Source: a virus (lineage: Duplodnaviria; Caudoviricetes). From it: 30,734 bases of DNA. The translations under genes and the position numbers were made by a program. This document shows, piece after piece, positions 15,601 to 24,458 of this stretch; position 1 is the first letter of the stretch, and each line of letters begins with the position of its first letter. The stretch lies in IMG/VR virus record IMGVR_UViG_3300032244_000297, positions 1 through 30,734 of that record; one strand, 5' to 3'. The notes under the pieces are model-generated. The model saw only the letters and a program-made list of their open reading frames with translations. It did no database searches and had not been told where the DNA came from.

Positions 15601-16392
15601 TTATTTAACATCTATGCTTACTACAATTTCATTCAAACGACCTCTCATATCCTTGCCTCGACCTTTTAATCTTATTCGAGCAGATGTTTTATCCATTAAT
15701 GATGTAAGATACTTATCATCTATCTTTATCAATCCCTTTTCGCTCAAAATATAATTTGGTTTTGCCATTGGTTGGTTTTGAAAAGAGTAATTTCCTGTTA
15801 ATGCTTCTTTTATGATTGCCTTCTTTATACCTTCATATTCTTTAGAAACTTGTGGTTCTTTACCGGAACCCAAAGCAGCCTTCAGTAGCAATTCAACTTC
15901 TTTATTTCTTGATAAAATTTGTTTTGCTTTTGCCTGTGGTATACTTTTTGTTTCTCCAATTTCATTTTGGAGTTTATCCAATGCTTCTAATATCATTAAA
16001 GTCTTTTCCATATCGTTTCCGGTTTCTTGCATGTATCCGTTAAATGCTCTTTCAAAGAAATTGCTAGTATTTCTTATTCCTGCACTGGATAATTGAAAAC
16101 TTTCACCAAATTTTAATGATAATCTATATTCTTTACTGGAAACTTTTATTACTAGATCCGTCTTTGGTTCTTGTCCACCAGACATCTTTTCAACAGAAGA
16201 GATTTTTGATCTCCCCGCAATTTTCTTTAACCCATCTCTGGCTGCTTGAACTACATCGGCATTGTTCTTATTATGAGAATCCCAGTATTCCTTTGATTTT
16301 TTAAAATCTTTATCATCTGATGGTACGGCACCATAGTTTCTTACAGCCTCATGATATACAAACCATTCAAATAATAATCCTTTAATTGCCAT
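15601..16392 (-). CDS. PD-(D/E)xK restriction-endonuclease-fold-like protein
   Basis: GLLFE...PKTDLVI...RLSLK; AAGGA SD. Confidence 0.65.
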   Translation of the reverse strand: MAIKGLLFEWFVYHEAVRNYGAVPSDDKDFKKSKEYWDSHNKNNADVVQAARDGLKKIAGRSKISSVEKMSGGQEPKTDLVIKVSSKEYRLSLKFGESFQLSSAGIRNTSNFFERAFNGYMQETGNDMEKTLMILEALDKLQNEIGETKSIPQAKAKQILSRNKEVELLLKAALGSGKEPQVSKEYEGIKKAIIKEALTGNYSFQNQPMAKPNYILSEKGLIKIDDKYLTSLMDKTSARIRLKGRGKDMRGRLNEIVVSIDVK

Positions 16393-16424
16393 TTTGCTTC
16401 CTTTATAATGAAGATAAAAATATG

Positions 16425-16432
16425 TATAAATA
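16425..16432 (+). promoter_or_regulatory. T4-type late promoter
   Basis: TATAAATA 23 nt upstream of 16456. Confidence 0.7.
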
Positions 16433-16455
16433 AATGATATAACAGAGGAGTCAAT

Positions 16456-16731
16456 ATGCGTTTCATACCATCAAATTATAAAGATATAATGGCAAGTAGT
16501 CCAAATCCGCAACCAGAACCAATCATGGAACACATCCCATTAGAGGATATGGAAGGTGAGATGGTAATCTCCCAATGTAAGGCTATTGTACAAAAGGCAA
16601 ATGAAATATTAGGAATGATAAAGCCAGAAACCCAAATGGAAGCATGGGTACAATCAAAAATCACTCTAGCAGAGGATTATATTGGTAGTGTACTCGATTA
16701 TTTAAAGAATAACCCAGGCAGTAAAGAATAA
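16456..16731 (+). CDS. Conserved T4-like phage hypothetical protein
   Basis: EGEM..SQ...EAWVQSKITLAEDYI...DYL motif recalled from T4-like phages; GAGGAG SD. Confidence 0.8.
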   Translation: MRFIPSNYKDIMASSPNPQPEPIMEHIPLEDMEGEMVISQCKAIVQKANEILGMIKPETQMEAWVQSKITLAEDYIGSVLDYLKNNPGSKE

Positions 16732-16737
16732 TTAAAA

Positions 16738-16745
16738 TATAAATA
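16738..16745 (+). promoter_or_regulatory. T4-type late promoter
   Basis: TATAAATA immediately upstream of 16751. Confidence 0.65.
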
Positions 16746-16750
16746 AAAGC

Positions 16751-17377
16751 ATGGGTAATGGTTCTTTTAGTCTTTACGAAGACTTCATTAAGGTGTTTGA
16801 GAACTGGTCGATTTACTCTGCCGTAGGTATTGCATTTGCATTCTCAGTTTGGAAATTTGTAAAAAAGAACAAAAAACGAGATTATCAGGTTGAATTTACA
16901 AGTATTCACTCTGAAATTCATGAATTATTGACAGAATTGAGACTGGTCACAGACTCTGCCCGCACCCAGGTAATACAACTCCACAACGGCGAATACTTCA
17001 TGGATGGCGTATCCATGCGTAAGTTTTCTGTAACTCACGAATCATTAGAAAGAGGTATAGATTCATGTGCAATTAGAATGCACGCGGTTCTATGCTCACT
17101 CTTCATCCCACTTCTTACCCTAGTTCTTGAGAATTCTGCAAAAATACAGTATGTTACTGATCTAAAAGATAGTTATTTTAAACAATTCTTTGAAAGCAGA
17201 AATATAGAAGCATTTAGCGTTTTACCACTAAAAGTAAAAAATCAAATTACAGGTTTTCTTCTAGTTCAGTGGTGTAATTCTAAGAAAATTGATGACATTG
17301 AACCAGTATTTGTAAGTCATCAAGTTGAAAAAATAAGAAATGCAATTCAGGTTCAATTGCTATCTCAACCTAGATAA
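16751..17377 (+). CDS. Single-TM protein with a GAF-like C-terminal domain (possible T4 holin T-like)
   Basis: TM WSIYSAVGIAFAFSVW; LHNG...SVLPL...ITGFLLVQW GAF-like strands. Confidence 0.6.
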   Translation: MGNGSFSLYEDFIKVFENWSIYSAVGIAFAFSVWKFVKKNKKRDYQVEFTSIHSEIHELLTELRLVTDSARTQVIQLHNGEYFMDGVSMRKFSVTHESLERGIDSCAIRMHAVLCSLFIPLLTLVLENSAKIQYVTDLKDSYFKQFFESRNIEAFSVLPLKVKNQITGFLLVQWCNSKKIDDIEPVFVSHQVEKIRNAIQVQLLSQPR

Positions 17378-17383
17378 TCTACT

Positions 17384-17809
17384 ATGACAGAAGAAAATGA
17401 CTTTGGCTTTATAGCCTGCACAGAAGAAGAACTTAAAATAACAGCAAAGGTGCAGCCCACTCCAGCACCAGCTCCTGTCGTAAATGTGGATTTAACAAAT
17501 GTAAATTCTGTTTTATCCAGAATTGAACAAAAAATGGATAAGGTTCTTTCTATGGAACTAACCGAGTTATCAAGTGTTGTATCTGAACAGGGTAGTAATT
17601 TCCAAACAGTGTTGTCGGAAATAGAAGAAAGAATTACTGCTGAAAAAGCAGTTTCAAGAGATAAATTGTTAAAATTAGAAAATTTGATCATTCCACTCTT
17701 GAATAACCTAATGAAGAACCCTGAAAAAGAGTTCATTAAATGGCCAAATCGAGTGGAAAAGATTCAAGCACAAATACAAAAGGTATTAGAGGTAACTCGT
17801 TCTGTATAA
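17384..17809 (+). CDS. Coiled-coil conserved phage protein
   Basis: LENLIIPLLNNLMKNPEKEFIKWPNR motif. Confidence 0.75.
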   Translation: MTEENDFGFIACTEEELKITAKVQPTPAPAPVVNVDLTNVNSVLSRIEQKMDKVLSMELTELSSVVSEQGSNFQTVLSEIEERITAEKAVSRDKLLKLENLIIPLLNNLMKNPEKEFIKWPNRVEKIQAQIQKVLEVTRSV

Positions 17810-17812
17810 ATA
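17805..17812 (+). promoter_or_regulatory. T4-type late promoter
   Basis: TATAAATA overlapping the upstream stop. Confidence 0.65.
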
Positions 17813-17849
17813 GAATGTAGAGCATATTAAATATTAGAAAGGCTTAACG

Positions 17850-18452
17850 ATGGAACAAGGCAAATCATTAGCAAGACAGACATTCAAAGGTGTAAAATCT
17901 TCAGAAGATGATAAATTAGTACCAATGCATGGTTCTGGTAAAGAATTCGATGCTCTTGTTACAACACTAAAACAATCAATCAAAGATGGTGTTATTGACA
18001 AGGAAAATGTACACCGTCTTGCTCATGGTCTTGGTGTTAAGCCAGATGAACTAGCACAAATGATAGGTCTTGAAGGCAAGGAGGATATCCATGCTTTAGA
18101 TCAAGACGAATCACCAGAAGTACACACACAAGCACCTGAAGTTTATGAACCAAAGCCATTCAAGGATTTCAGATCAGAGACTCAAAATAGACTTCCATTT
18201 AGTGAACAAGTTGGTATGAGTTCACAAGAAATAAATCAAATAAGAGCAGATATGAGAAGAAGTGGTGCATCTACTCAAGAAATAAATGCAAGATTAACAG
18301 ATTTAAGAAGACTTTCTAGAAGTTCTGGAAGTAGAACAAGTGTTGCTGCAGCAGGAAAAAGTGCAGCAGGCGCACTTACTGGTGCAATGCATGATCCAAT
18401 GATTCAAAGAAGATTAAAAATGTTAAATCAAAGAAGTAAAACAGGTAGATAA
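17850..18452 (+). CDS. Hypothetical late protein
   Basis: 200 aa; internal KPFKDFRSE motif and a duplicated QEIN segment. Confidence 0.75.
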   Translation: MEQGKSLARQTFKGVKSSEDDKLVPMHGSGKEFDALVTTLKQSIKDGVIDKENVHRLAHGLGVKPDELAQMIGLEGKEDIHALDQDESPEVHTQAPEVYEPKPFKDFRSETQNRLPFSEQVGMSSQEINQIRADMRRSGASTQEINARLTDLRRLSRSSGSRTSVAAAGKSAAGALTGAMHDPMIQRRLKMLNQRSKTGR

Positions 18453-18489
18453 TACTTGACTTTTACCCGTTTTCTGTTAGTATAACCAC

Positions 18490-18918
18490 ATGAAGTTTAC
18501 ATTTAAAAAATCACTAAATGAAGAAGTAGTCATCAGACCTTATTCTGTGCAAGCAATTGCAAGAAAAAGAAATATGATGATGAATTCTTTACAATTAAAT
18601 GATCAAGAATTTATGAACTGGGTTCGTGATCGTCTTTATCGAGTTGCAGAACAAAATAGCATTCCAATTAAAGATTTAAAAATTGATATGGTTTCAGAAG
18701 GATTCAAGAAGTGGGAAGATACCTTTCGTCAAGGCGATAAAGATTTTGATCAATACAGAGATGAATTTACACGATATGTAAGTAAGTTTATGGGATTTGC
18801 AGCAAGAATTCTTCGTTCATCCGTAGATAATCCTGGTAAACTAACTCCAGATGCGGAAGAAGTTCCACCAGTTTCTCCAAAGATGATGAAGTTCCAAGCA
18901 TCTGATAATGCACAATAA
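18490..18918 (+). CDS. Hypothetical protein
   Basis: 142 aa starting MKFTFKKSLNEE; TTGACT...TAGTAT promoter-like element at 18456-18486. Confidence 0.75.
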   Translation: MKFTFKKSLNEEVVIRPYSVQAIARKRNMMMNSLQLNDQEFMNWVRDRLYRVAEQNSIPIKDLKIDMVSEGFKKWEDTFRQGDKDFDQYRDEFTRYVSKFMGFAARILRSSVDNPGKLTPDAEEVPPVSPKMMKFQASDNAQ

Positions 18919-18934
18919 GTGACGGAGACTTTTT

Positions 18935-19450
18935 ATGACACGACAAGTGTTACTTCTGAATGCCTCAGAAGAGGTAATATCAGTAATCGACTGGCAGAGA
19001 GCAGTAAATCTCTTATCTGCTGGTAAAGCCACCAAACCATTTAATTATAATCACACATATTCAATTAAAACCAGTAGTGGAGTTTTTGAACTTCCTGCTG
19101 CGATTATGTTGATTAATTATATAAGAATTCCATTTCGTAAAGTTGGTTTATCAAAAAAGAATATCATAAAAAGAGACAACAATATTTGTCAATATTGTTC
19201 ATGTAAACTAACTTCAAAAAATAGTACAGTAGACCATGTTTTACCAAAAAGTAGGGGTGGTCTTAATAGTTGGACTAATCTGGTTGCTTCCTGTCACCCC
19301 TGTAACCTTCGTAAAGGGAATAGAACCCCTCAGGAAGCGAATATGCGACTCCTACGACCCGCACAAGCACCAGGCAAGGATGTTGTCCATATCGTATTAT
19401 TAGATGAAAACCGAAATAAACTTTGGGAGCGTTGGCTGGATTATAAATAA
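18935..19450 (+). CDS. HNH endonuclease (McrA-like)
   Basis: RDNNICQYC...TVDHVLPKSRGG..SWTNLVASCHPCNLRKG. Confidence 0.9.
   Translation: MTRQVLLLNASEEVISVIDWQRAVNLLSAGKATKPFNYNHTYSIKTSSGVFELPAAIMLINYIRIPFRKVGLSKKNIIKRDNNICQYCSCKLTSKNSTVDHVLPKSRGGLNSWTNLVASCHPCNLRKGNRTPQEANMRLLRPAQAPGKDVVHIVLLDENRNKLWERWLDYK
19442..19449 (+). promoter_or_regulatory. T4-type late promoter
   Basis: TATAAATA upstream of 19486. Confidence 0.65.
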
Positions 19451-19485
19451 CTTTATCTCGAACATTTAACAAAATGAGGTAAAGA

Positions 19486-19764
19486 ATGGCTCTTAGAACT
19501 AGTAATCCCCCAAGTTATGATAATATTTTTGCAATTCGTAGAGGTGCAACTGCAGATTATGCTTCACTTGCAACTCTACCAGGTCACCGTGGATTGTATA
19601 TCGCAACATCTGCAATAGTAGAAGTTACTTTTACAAATTTAGATGGAACTACATCGTTGGTAAGATTTCCAAGCGGTGTTTCTTTAGTTCTTCCTTTGCA
19701 AATTAAATCATATACTACACCTTCAACTGGTTCATCCGCACTCTACTTATATGGTCTTGTATGA
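19486..19764 (+). CDS. Small beta-rich virion protein (head spike-base/decoration-like)
   Basis: RGLYI...DG....F.....LPLQ pattern; paralog of 19761..20081. Confidence 0.6.
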   Translation: MALRTSNPPSYDNIFAIRRGATADYASLATLPGHRGLYIATSAIVEVTFTNLDGTTSLVRFPSGVSLVLPLQIKSYTTPSTGSSALYLYGLV

Positions 19765-20081
19765 GAACATCTAATTGTAGTAGTCATGATAAAATTGGTT
19801 CAAGAGTAGGTGGAGCAAATGGTGTAATAAATTCATCTGATGAATATCCTGCCCCATCTAGAGGATTGTTTATAACCATTACAAATAGTGATGTTGGTGC
19901 TTCAGCAGAAACCAACATAACAATTGTAAACAATAACAATACAACTTGCACATTAACTTTACCGAGTGTGGCTACTATTACTACAAAGATGTTTGGTTAT
20001 ATTCCAATATCATCATCAACTATAACAAATATTACTGAAAGCGGTGGTCAAAATAGTTTTTACATAAACACACTATCATGA
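19761..20081 (+). CDS. Paralog of 19486..19764
   Basis: Shares RTSN..S.D.I and RGL[YF]I motifs. Confidence 0.6.
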   Translation: MRTSNCSSHDKIGSRVGGANGVINSSDEYPAPSRGLFITITNSDVGASAETNITIVNNNNTTCTLTLPSVATITTKMFGYIPISSSTITNITESGGQNSFYINTLS

Positions 20082-21385
20082 AACAAAAATTTTTACAACT
20101 TTTAAAAGAAGCAGCAGGTGGAAAAAATATCCACATGGAACATCTCGAAGATAGAATCTTCGATGAAGGTAGTCGTGGTTTCAAAACTGCTATGGATTAT
20201 GTCCACGGTCTTTCACATGGAATGACTGGTAAAGGTGGTAAAGATTTTTTCGTAACAACAAAGTATGATGGTGCTCCAGCAGTTGTATTTGGTAGGCATC
20301 CAGAGACAGGAATGTTCTTTGTTGCTACAAAGGGTGCATTTAATAAAACACCAAAAGTAAATTATTCATTAGAAGATGTAGAAGCAAATTATCCAGATAG
20401 TCCAGAACTACAAGCAAAACTAAAAGCAGCATTAGAACATTTACCAAAACTTGGCGAAATGAAAGGTGTATATCAAGGCGATTTGATGTTTACACCAGAA
20501 GATCTTGAACTTCGAAAAATTGGTGACAAGGAACATGTAACATTTAGACCAAATACAATTACATATTCCTCACCAATGGGTTCAGATGAAGCAAAGAAAA
20601 TAATGGGTTCTAAATTAGGAATCGTTGTTCATACTGGATATGAAGGTGATACTCTTGAAAATATGAAAGCAAGATTTGATCCTGATCTCTCTCACTTTGG
20701 GGGACATCCAGATGTATATTTTAAAAATGCAAGAATGAATGATGAAGGCGAAGAAACTCATATGTCAGAGAGAGATCATATGAGAACTCTTGAACACTTA
20801 GGTCATGCGATGTCACATCTCCCAGATTCAGGAGATTTGATGGATGAAGTTTCAAGAAATCCTGATTATGTTGCCCATCTAAAAACATACACGAACTACA
20901 ATGTAAGAAATGGTATTCCAAAGGGATCTGCAAAAGGATTCCACGATTATCTAGATAACAGATTCCAAGGAGAGAGAGCAAAATTAAAATCTCAAAAGGG
21001 AATACAGAAACATACTGAAGCATCACAACCTGTATTGAAACATATCAAAGATAATGCAGAAGCATATGATTCATTGTTTAATGCTCATTCTGCTCTTGCA
21101 AAAGCAAAGTTACATTTAGTTGATAGGTTTAGACAAGCAAAGGGTCTTGGAACCCACTTAGAAGATGAAGAAACTGGTGAACTAAGACCAACACATCCCG
21201 AAGGATATGTTGCAGTTCATAAGAAGTCTGGTACTGGTTATAAGATGGTAGATAGAGAGGATTTCTCAAAAGCAAACTTTACTCTACCGAAGAAATGGGA
21301 TAAGAAGAAGCCAGGACAACAACAAGAAACAGTTTCAGAATCAATTATTCATAAGTTAAGAAGAATAAATAATAGAGGATACTAA
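20078..21385 (+). CDS. Ligase-fold nucleotidyltransferase-like protein (DUF6267-like)
   Basis: TTKYDG (motif I), YQGDL, EGYV, YKMV motifs; HMEHLED N-terminus. Confidence 0.75.
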   Translation: MKQKFLQLLKEAAGGKNIHMEHLEDRIFDEGSRGFKTAMDYVHGLSHGMTGKGGKDFFVTTKYDGAPAVVFGRHPETGMFFVATKGAFNKTPKVNYSLEDVEANYPDSPELQAKLKAALEHLPKLGEMKGVYQGDLMFTPEDLELRKIGDKEHVTFRPNTITYSSPMGSDEAKKIMGSKLGIVVHTGYEGDTLENMKARFDPDLSHFGGHPDVYFKNARMNDEGEETHMSERDHMRTLEHLGHAMSHLPDSGDLMDEVSRNPDYVAHLKTYTNYNVRNGIPKGSAKGFHDYLDNRFQGERAKLKSQKGIQKHTEASQPVLKHIKDNAEAYDSLFNAHSALAKAKLHLVDRFRQAKGLGTHLEDEETGELRPTHPEGYVAVHKKSGTGYKMVDREDFSKANFTLPKKWDKKKPGQQQETVSESIIHKLRRINNRGY

Positions 21386-21386
21386 T

Positions 21387-21473
21387 ATGTCAAAGAGAAG
21401 AGAAGAAAGAAAAGCAATGGCAAAAGATAAAGGCTGCGGTTGCGGCAAAGGTAAAGGAAAGGGTGGAAAATGA
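21387..21473 (+). CDS. 28-aa basic GCGCGK micropeptide (not in ORF track)
   Basis: MSKRREERKAMAKDKGCGCGKGKGKGGK; GAGGA SD; ATGA coupling to the next gene. Confidence 0.55.
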   Translation: MSKRREERKAMAKDKGCGCGKGKGKGGK

Positions 21474-21814
21474 GTCACAAGTCTATGTTAATGACACAAT
21501 ATAAAGAATTATATGGTGGTCTATATGTAAGAAATAATGGAAGATGGTATTGGAAGTCAACACTAGAATCAGAAGAGATTGGTCCGATTAGTGGTTTTTG
21601 GTTGATGCAAAAAATAAATGAAGCAAAGAACAAGAAACCAGTACCAATTGAATTTGCAAAGTTACCACAAGAACCAGCAAAGGTAGAAGAAGTAAAGACA
21701 GAAGAACCTGTTGCTGTAGAAGAAGTAAAGACAGAAGTTACTCAACAAAAACCAAAGAAGTCTGCACCAAAAATTAAAAAGGAGATAACCGAAAATGGAA
21801 CTACTAGCATCTAA
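21470..21814 (+). CDS. Hypothetical protein
   Basis: 114 aa; VEEVKTE repeated twice. Confidence 0.7.
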   Translation: MSHKSMLMTQYKELYGGLYVRNNGRWYWKSTLESEEIGPISGFWLMQKINEAKNKKPVPIEFAKLPQEPAKVEEVKTEEPVAVEEVKTEVTQQKPKKSAPKIKKEITENGTTSI

Positions 21815-21920
21815 AGTTTTAGGAACAGTATTTTTTACACTCGTTGTATATGTTGTAGGTGCCTTCACAGGACCAGCAGTATATAAGTGGGTATCAACAA
21901 AACTACCTTGGAATAAATGA
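21795..21920 (+). CDS. 41-aa membrane micropeptide (not in ORF track)
   Basis: MELLASKVLGTVFFTLVVYVVGAFTGPAVYKWVSTKLPWNK; AAGGAG SD; ATGA coupling. Confidence 0.6.
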   Translation: MELLASKVLGTVFFTLVVYVVGAFTGPAVYKWVSTKLPWNK

Positions 21921-23035
21921 AGTCTTTTAGGGATTTTATTATTGAAGCAAAGAACGGAAATGATTCCGTAGTTTTTTCTTTTGGTAGGAATCAACCACCA
22001 ACAGCAGGACATGGACATATCATTCAACATGTGATGGATACCGCTGGCCAGACAGGAGCACATCATGTTGTGTTTACTTCTGGCAGCGGTCCAACACATA
22101 AAGTAAAGGCAGTGAGAGAAAAGAATCCTTTGCATCCACACGAAAAAGTGGAAACTATGAAAGCATTCTTCCCCGGTGCAAATATTCAACACCATGAAAA
22201 GGTTGCAAGTCCTTTCCATGCAATTGAACATTTGAAGGATCAAGGTTATAAGCATGTAAAGATGGTTGTAGGTGCAGATAGAGTTGAAGACTTCAGAGAA
22301 AGAATGGCACCATATGCAAAGCACTTTAAATCATTTGAAGTTGTATCTCCCGGTGCTGAAAGAATGTCAGTAAAGGGTAGAGAAGTAAGTGGTACTGCTG
22401 CTAGAAGACATGCTGCTGCTGGTGATTACAAATCATTTAGAGCAATCATGCCAGAAGAAGCACCAGAACATGCAGTAAAGACTCTCTTCAAGAGACTTCG
22501 TACTCCAATCAAAGCACCAGTAGTAAAAAAGAAGAGTAAAAAGAAACTTGCAGAAGCAATAATGAATATTCTTGTAGAATCAAGACCACGCACAGCAAAA
22601 GAGAAGACAAGATCATATTACGCAAAAGAATACAGACAACATCAATCTTCCCCAAAAGCAATTAAAGAGCGTGGTGAAAGATGGACTGCAAGAAGAAGAG
22701 CAGCAGTTCGCGCAGCAAAAAGAAAACTTGGTGCAAAGTCTGCAAATAAAACAAGAGATCAATTGATCAAGATCGGTCAGGGTCTTTTGAAGGGTAAGGA
22801 TGTAGATCACAAGAAACCACTATCAAGAGGTGGTTCAAATGGCAATGGTAATGTAAGAGTTGTCTCAACTTCATATAACAGAAGTAGAAATAATAACATT
22901 AGTGAAGCAGATGAAGGTGCAACAAAATACTTAGCACCCAGACTTCAAAAAATGGATAAAGCATCAAGACCAAATCCAGAACCAAGAACGCAAAGAAAAT
23001 CACTACCGGGATTACCACCATTACCAAAGGTTTAA
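21917..23035 (+). CDS. HxGH-family (cytidylyltransferase-like) nucleotidyltransferase fused to a C-terminal HNH domain
   Basis: FGRNQPPTAGH, VVGADR, VSGT..R; then DVDHKKPLSRGGSN...N.RV...N. Confidence 0.85.
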   Translation: MKSFRDFIIEAKNGNDSVVFSFGRNQPPTAGHGHIIQHVMDTAGQTGAHHVVFTSGSGPTHKVKAVREKNPLHPHEKVETMKAFFPGANIQHHEKVASPFHAIEHLKDQGYKHVKMVVGADRVEDFRERMAPYAKHFKSFEVVSPGAERMSVKGREVSGTAARRHAAAGDYKSFRAIMPEEAPEHAVKTLFKRLRTPIKAPVVKKKSKKKLAEAIMNILVESRPRTAKEKTRSYYAKEYRQHQSSPKAIKERGERWTARRRAAVRAAKRKLGAKSANKTRDQLIKIGQGLLKGKDVDHKKPLSRGGSNGNGNVRVVSTSYNRSRNNNISEADEGATKYLAPRLQKMDKASRPNPEPRTQRKSLPGLPPLPKV

Positions 23036-23038
23036 CAA

Positions 23039-23506
23039 ATGAAGAACTATTTTGATTTCTTAAAAGAGAGCACAAAAAGAACTATTCGTAAATATAGAGC
23101 AGGTGTTCTTACTCCTGAACAAAAAGCAAAGTTCATCAAGAGACAAGAGCGTAAGATTGCCGAGATAGACAAAGAGGGTGGTCTATCTGCTCGTGCTTCT
23201 CAAATTAGAGATACAATCAAGGCAGTATCCGAATCAGCAGCATGGACACGCAAAGAAGGAAAGAATCCAGAAGGTGGACTCAATAAAAAGGGTGTTGAAT
23301 CTTATAGAAAACAAAACCCAGGTTCCAAGTTACAAACAGCTGTTACTACTCCACCATCCAAACTAAAACCGGGTTCAAAGAAAGCAAAAAGAAGAAAATC
23401 TTTCTGCAGTAGAATGAAAGGTATGAAGGCAAAATTAACTTCTGCAAAAACTGCAAGAGATCCAAATTCAAGAATTAACAAATCACTTCGTAAATGGAAT
23501 TGTTAA
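23039..23506 (+). CDS. Basic conserved T4-like phage protein (DUF6321-like)
   Basis: AAWTRKEGKNPEGGLN...RRKSFCSRM...SLRKWNC. Confidence 0.8.
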   Translation: MKNYFDFLKESTKRTIRKYRAGVLTPEQKAKFIKRQERKIAEIDKEGGLSARASQIRDTIKAVSESAAWTRKEGKNPEGGLNKKGVESYRKQNPGSKLQTAVTTPPSKLKPGSKKAKRRKSFCSRMKGMKAKLTSAKTARDPNSRINKSLRKWNC

Positions 23507-23517
23507 GGAGAAAAGTA

Positions 23518-23604
23518 TTGAAGCACAAAGATCTTAAAAGAATTAAGAATAAATACTTGAAACCAAAGGAAGATAAGAAAAAAGATAAGCCACCTAAAAA
23601 GTAG
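23518..23604 (+). CDS. 28-aa Lys-rich micro-ORF
   Basis: TTG start behind AAGGAG; fills the intergenic gap. Confidence 0.35.
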   Translation: MKHKDLKRIKNKYLKPKEDKKKDKPPKK

Positions 23605-23609
23605 TTACT

Positions 23610-23987
23610 ATGAATTTTGATATTTTAAATGATGACAATTATATGATGTTTGCAATGAAGATGTATAACAATCCTCAGTGTAAAAACATATCCGAATTCC
23701 AAGAGGATATGAATCGTATAAAATATCTAAAAAGACTACTAAGAAAATATAAAGCATCAGGTGAGTTACGAGAAAGATTGATACTAAACCATATTATTAT
23801 TTTTTATAATGTATTTGATATTGTACCTGCAACCAGGCTTCTATTCAGTCGTATAGAACGGGACTTGCACCCTTATTTAAAAACCTTTATTGTTTTTTTA
23901 AATAATTTACCACAAAACATACCAGAAACTGATTTGTTAAATATTCCCCTAGATAGAAGGATTATAAATAAACTTAGGGAGATATAA
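23610..23987 (+). CDS. Conserved T4-like phage hypothetical protein
   Basis: FAMK.Y.NPQC...EF.ED...KY.KRL...ERLILNHII motif. Confidence 0.85.
   Translation: MNFDILNDDNYMMFAMKMYNNPQCKNISEFQEDMNRIKYLKRLLRKYKASGELRERLILNHIIIFYNVFDIVPATRLLFSRIERDLHPYLKTFIVFLNNLPQNIPETDLLNIPLDRRIINKLREI
23963..23970 (+). promoter_or_regulatory. T4-type late promoter
   Basis: TATAAATA 20 nt upstream of 23991. Confidence 0.6.
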
Positions 23988-23990
23988 CAA

Positions 23991-24458
23991 ATGAGATTGG
24001 AAGAAGACATTGGTAGATGGTTTAAGGAAAGATGGACTGCTCAGGATGGCAGTCCTTGTGGTTCTTATAAAGGTAAAGGTAGAGTTAAGTGCCGACCTGC
24101 AAAAAGAGTATCTTCCAAGACTCCTCAAACATGGGGTGAGATGTCTTCTAAAGAAAAGAAGAAAGCAGTCAGATTAAAACAAAAAGCACATAAAAAAGGT
24201 CAACAGTTTAGCAGCCATAAGACAGGCAAAACATGGAGTGCTGAAAAGGGTAAGTATAGACCAAGCAAGAAAAAACTAAAAGAAAACTACACAAGTGCTC
24301 TATCAAACTTTATTTGTGAGAAGTGGAACCCAAGAAACAAAGAAGCACATGCAGCATGTAAAGCAAGTGTGAAATCAAGATTCAAAGTTTGGCCATCTGC
24401 ATATGCAAGCGCAGCAGTAGTTAAATGCTACAAGAAAAAGACAGGAAGTGGAGACTGA
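23991..24458 (+). CDS. Basic conserved phage protein (DUF5872-like)
   Basis: WFKE.W...CG...KCRP and KVWPSAYAS..VVKCYK. Confidence 0.8.
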   Translation: MRLEEDIGRWFKERWTAQDGSPCGSYKGKGRVKCRPAKRVSSKTPQTWGEMSSKEKKKAVRLKQKAHKKGQQFSSHKTGKTWSAEKGKYRPSKKKLKENYTSALSNFICEKWNPRNKEAHAACKASVKSRFKVWPSAYASAAVVKCYKKKTGSGD

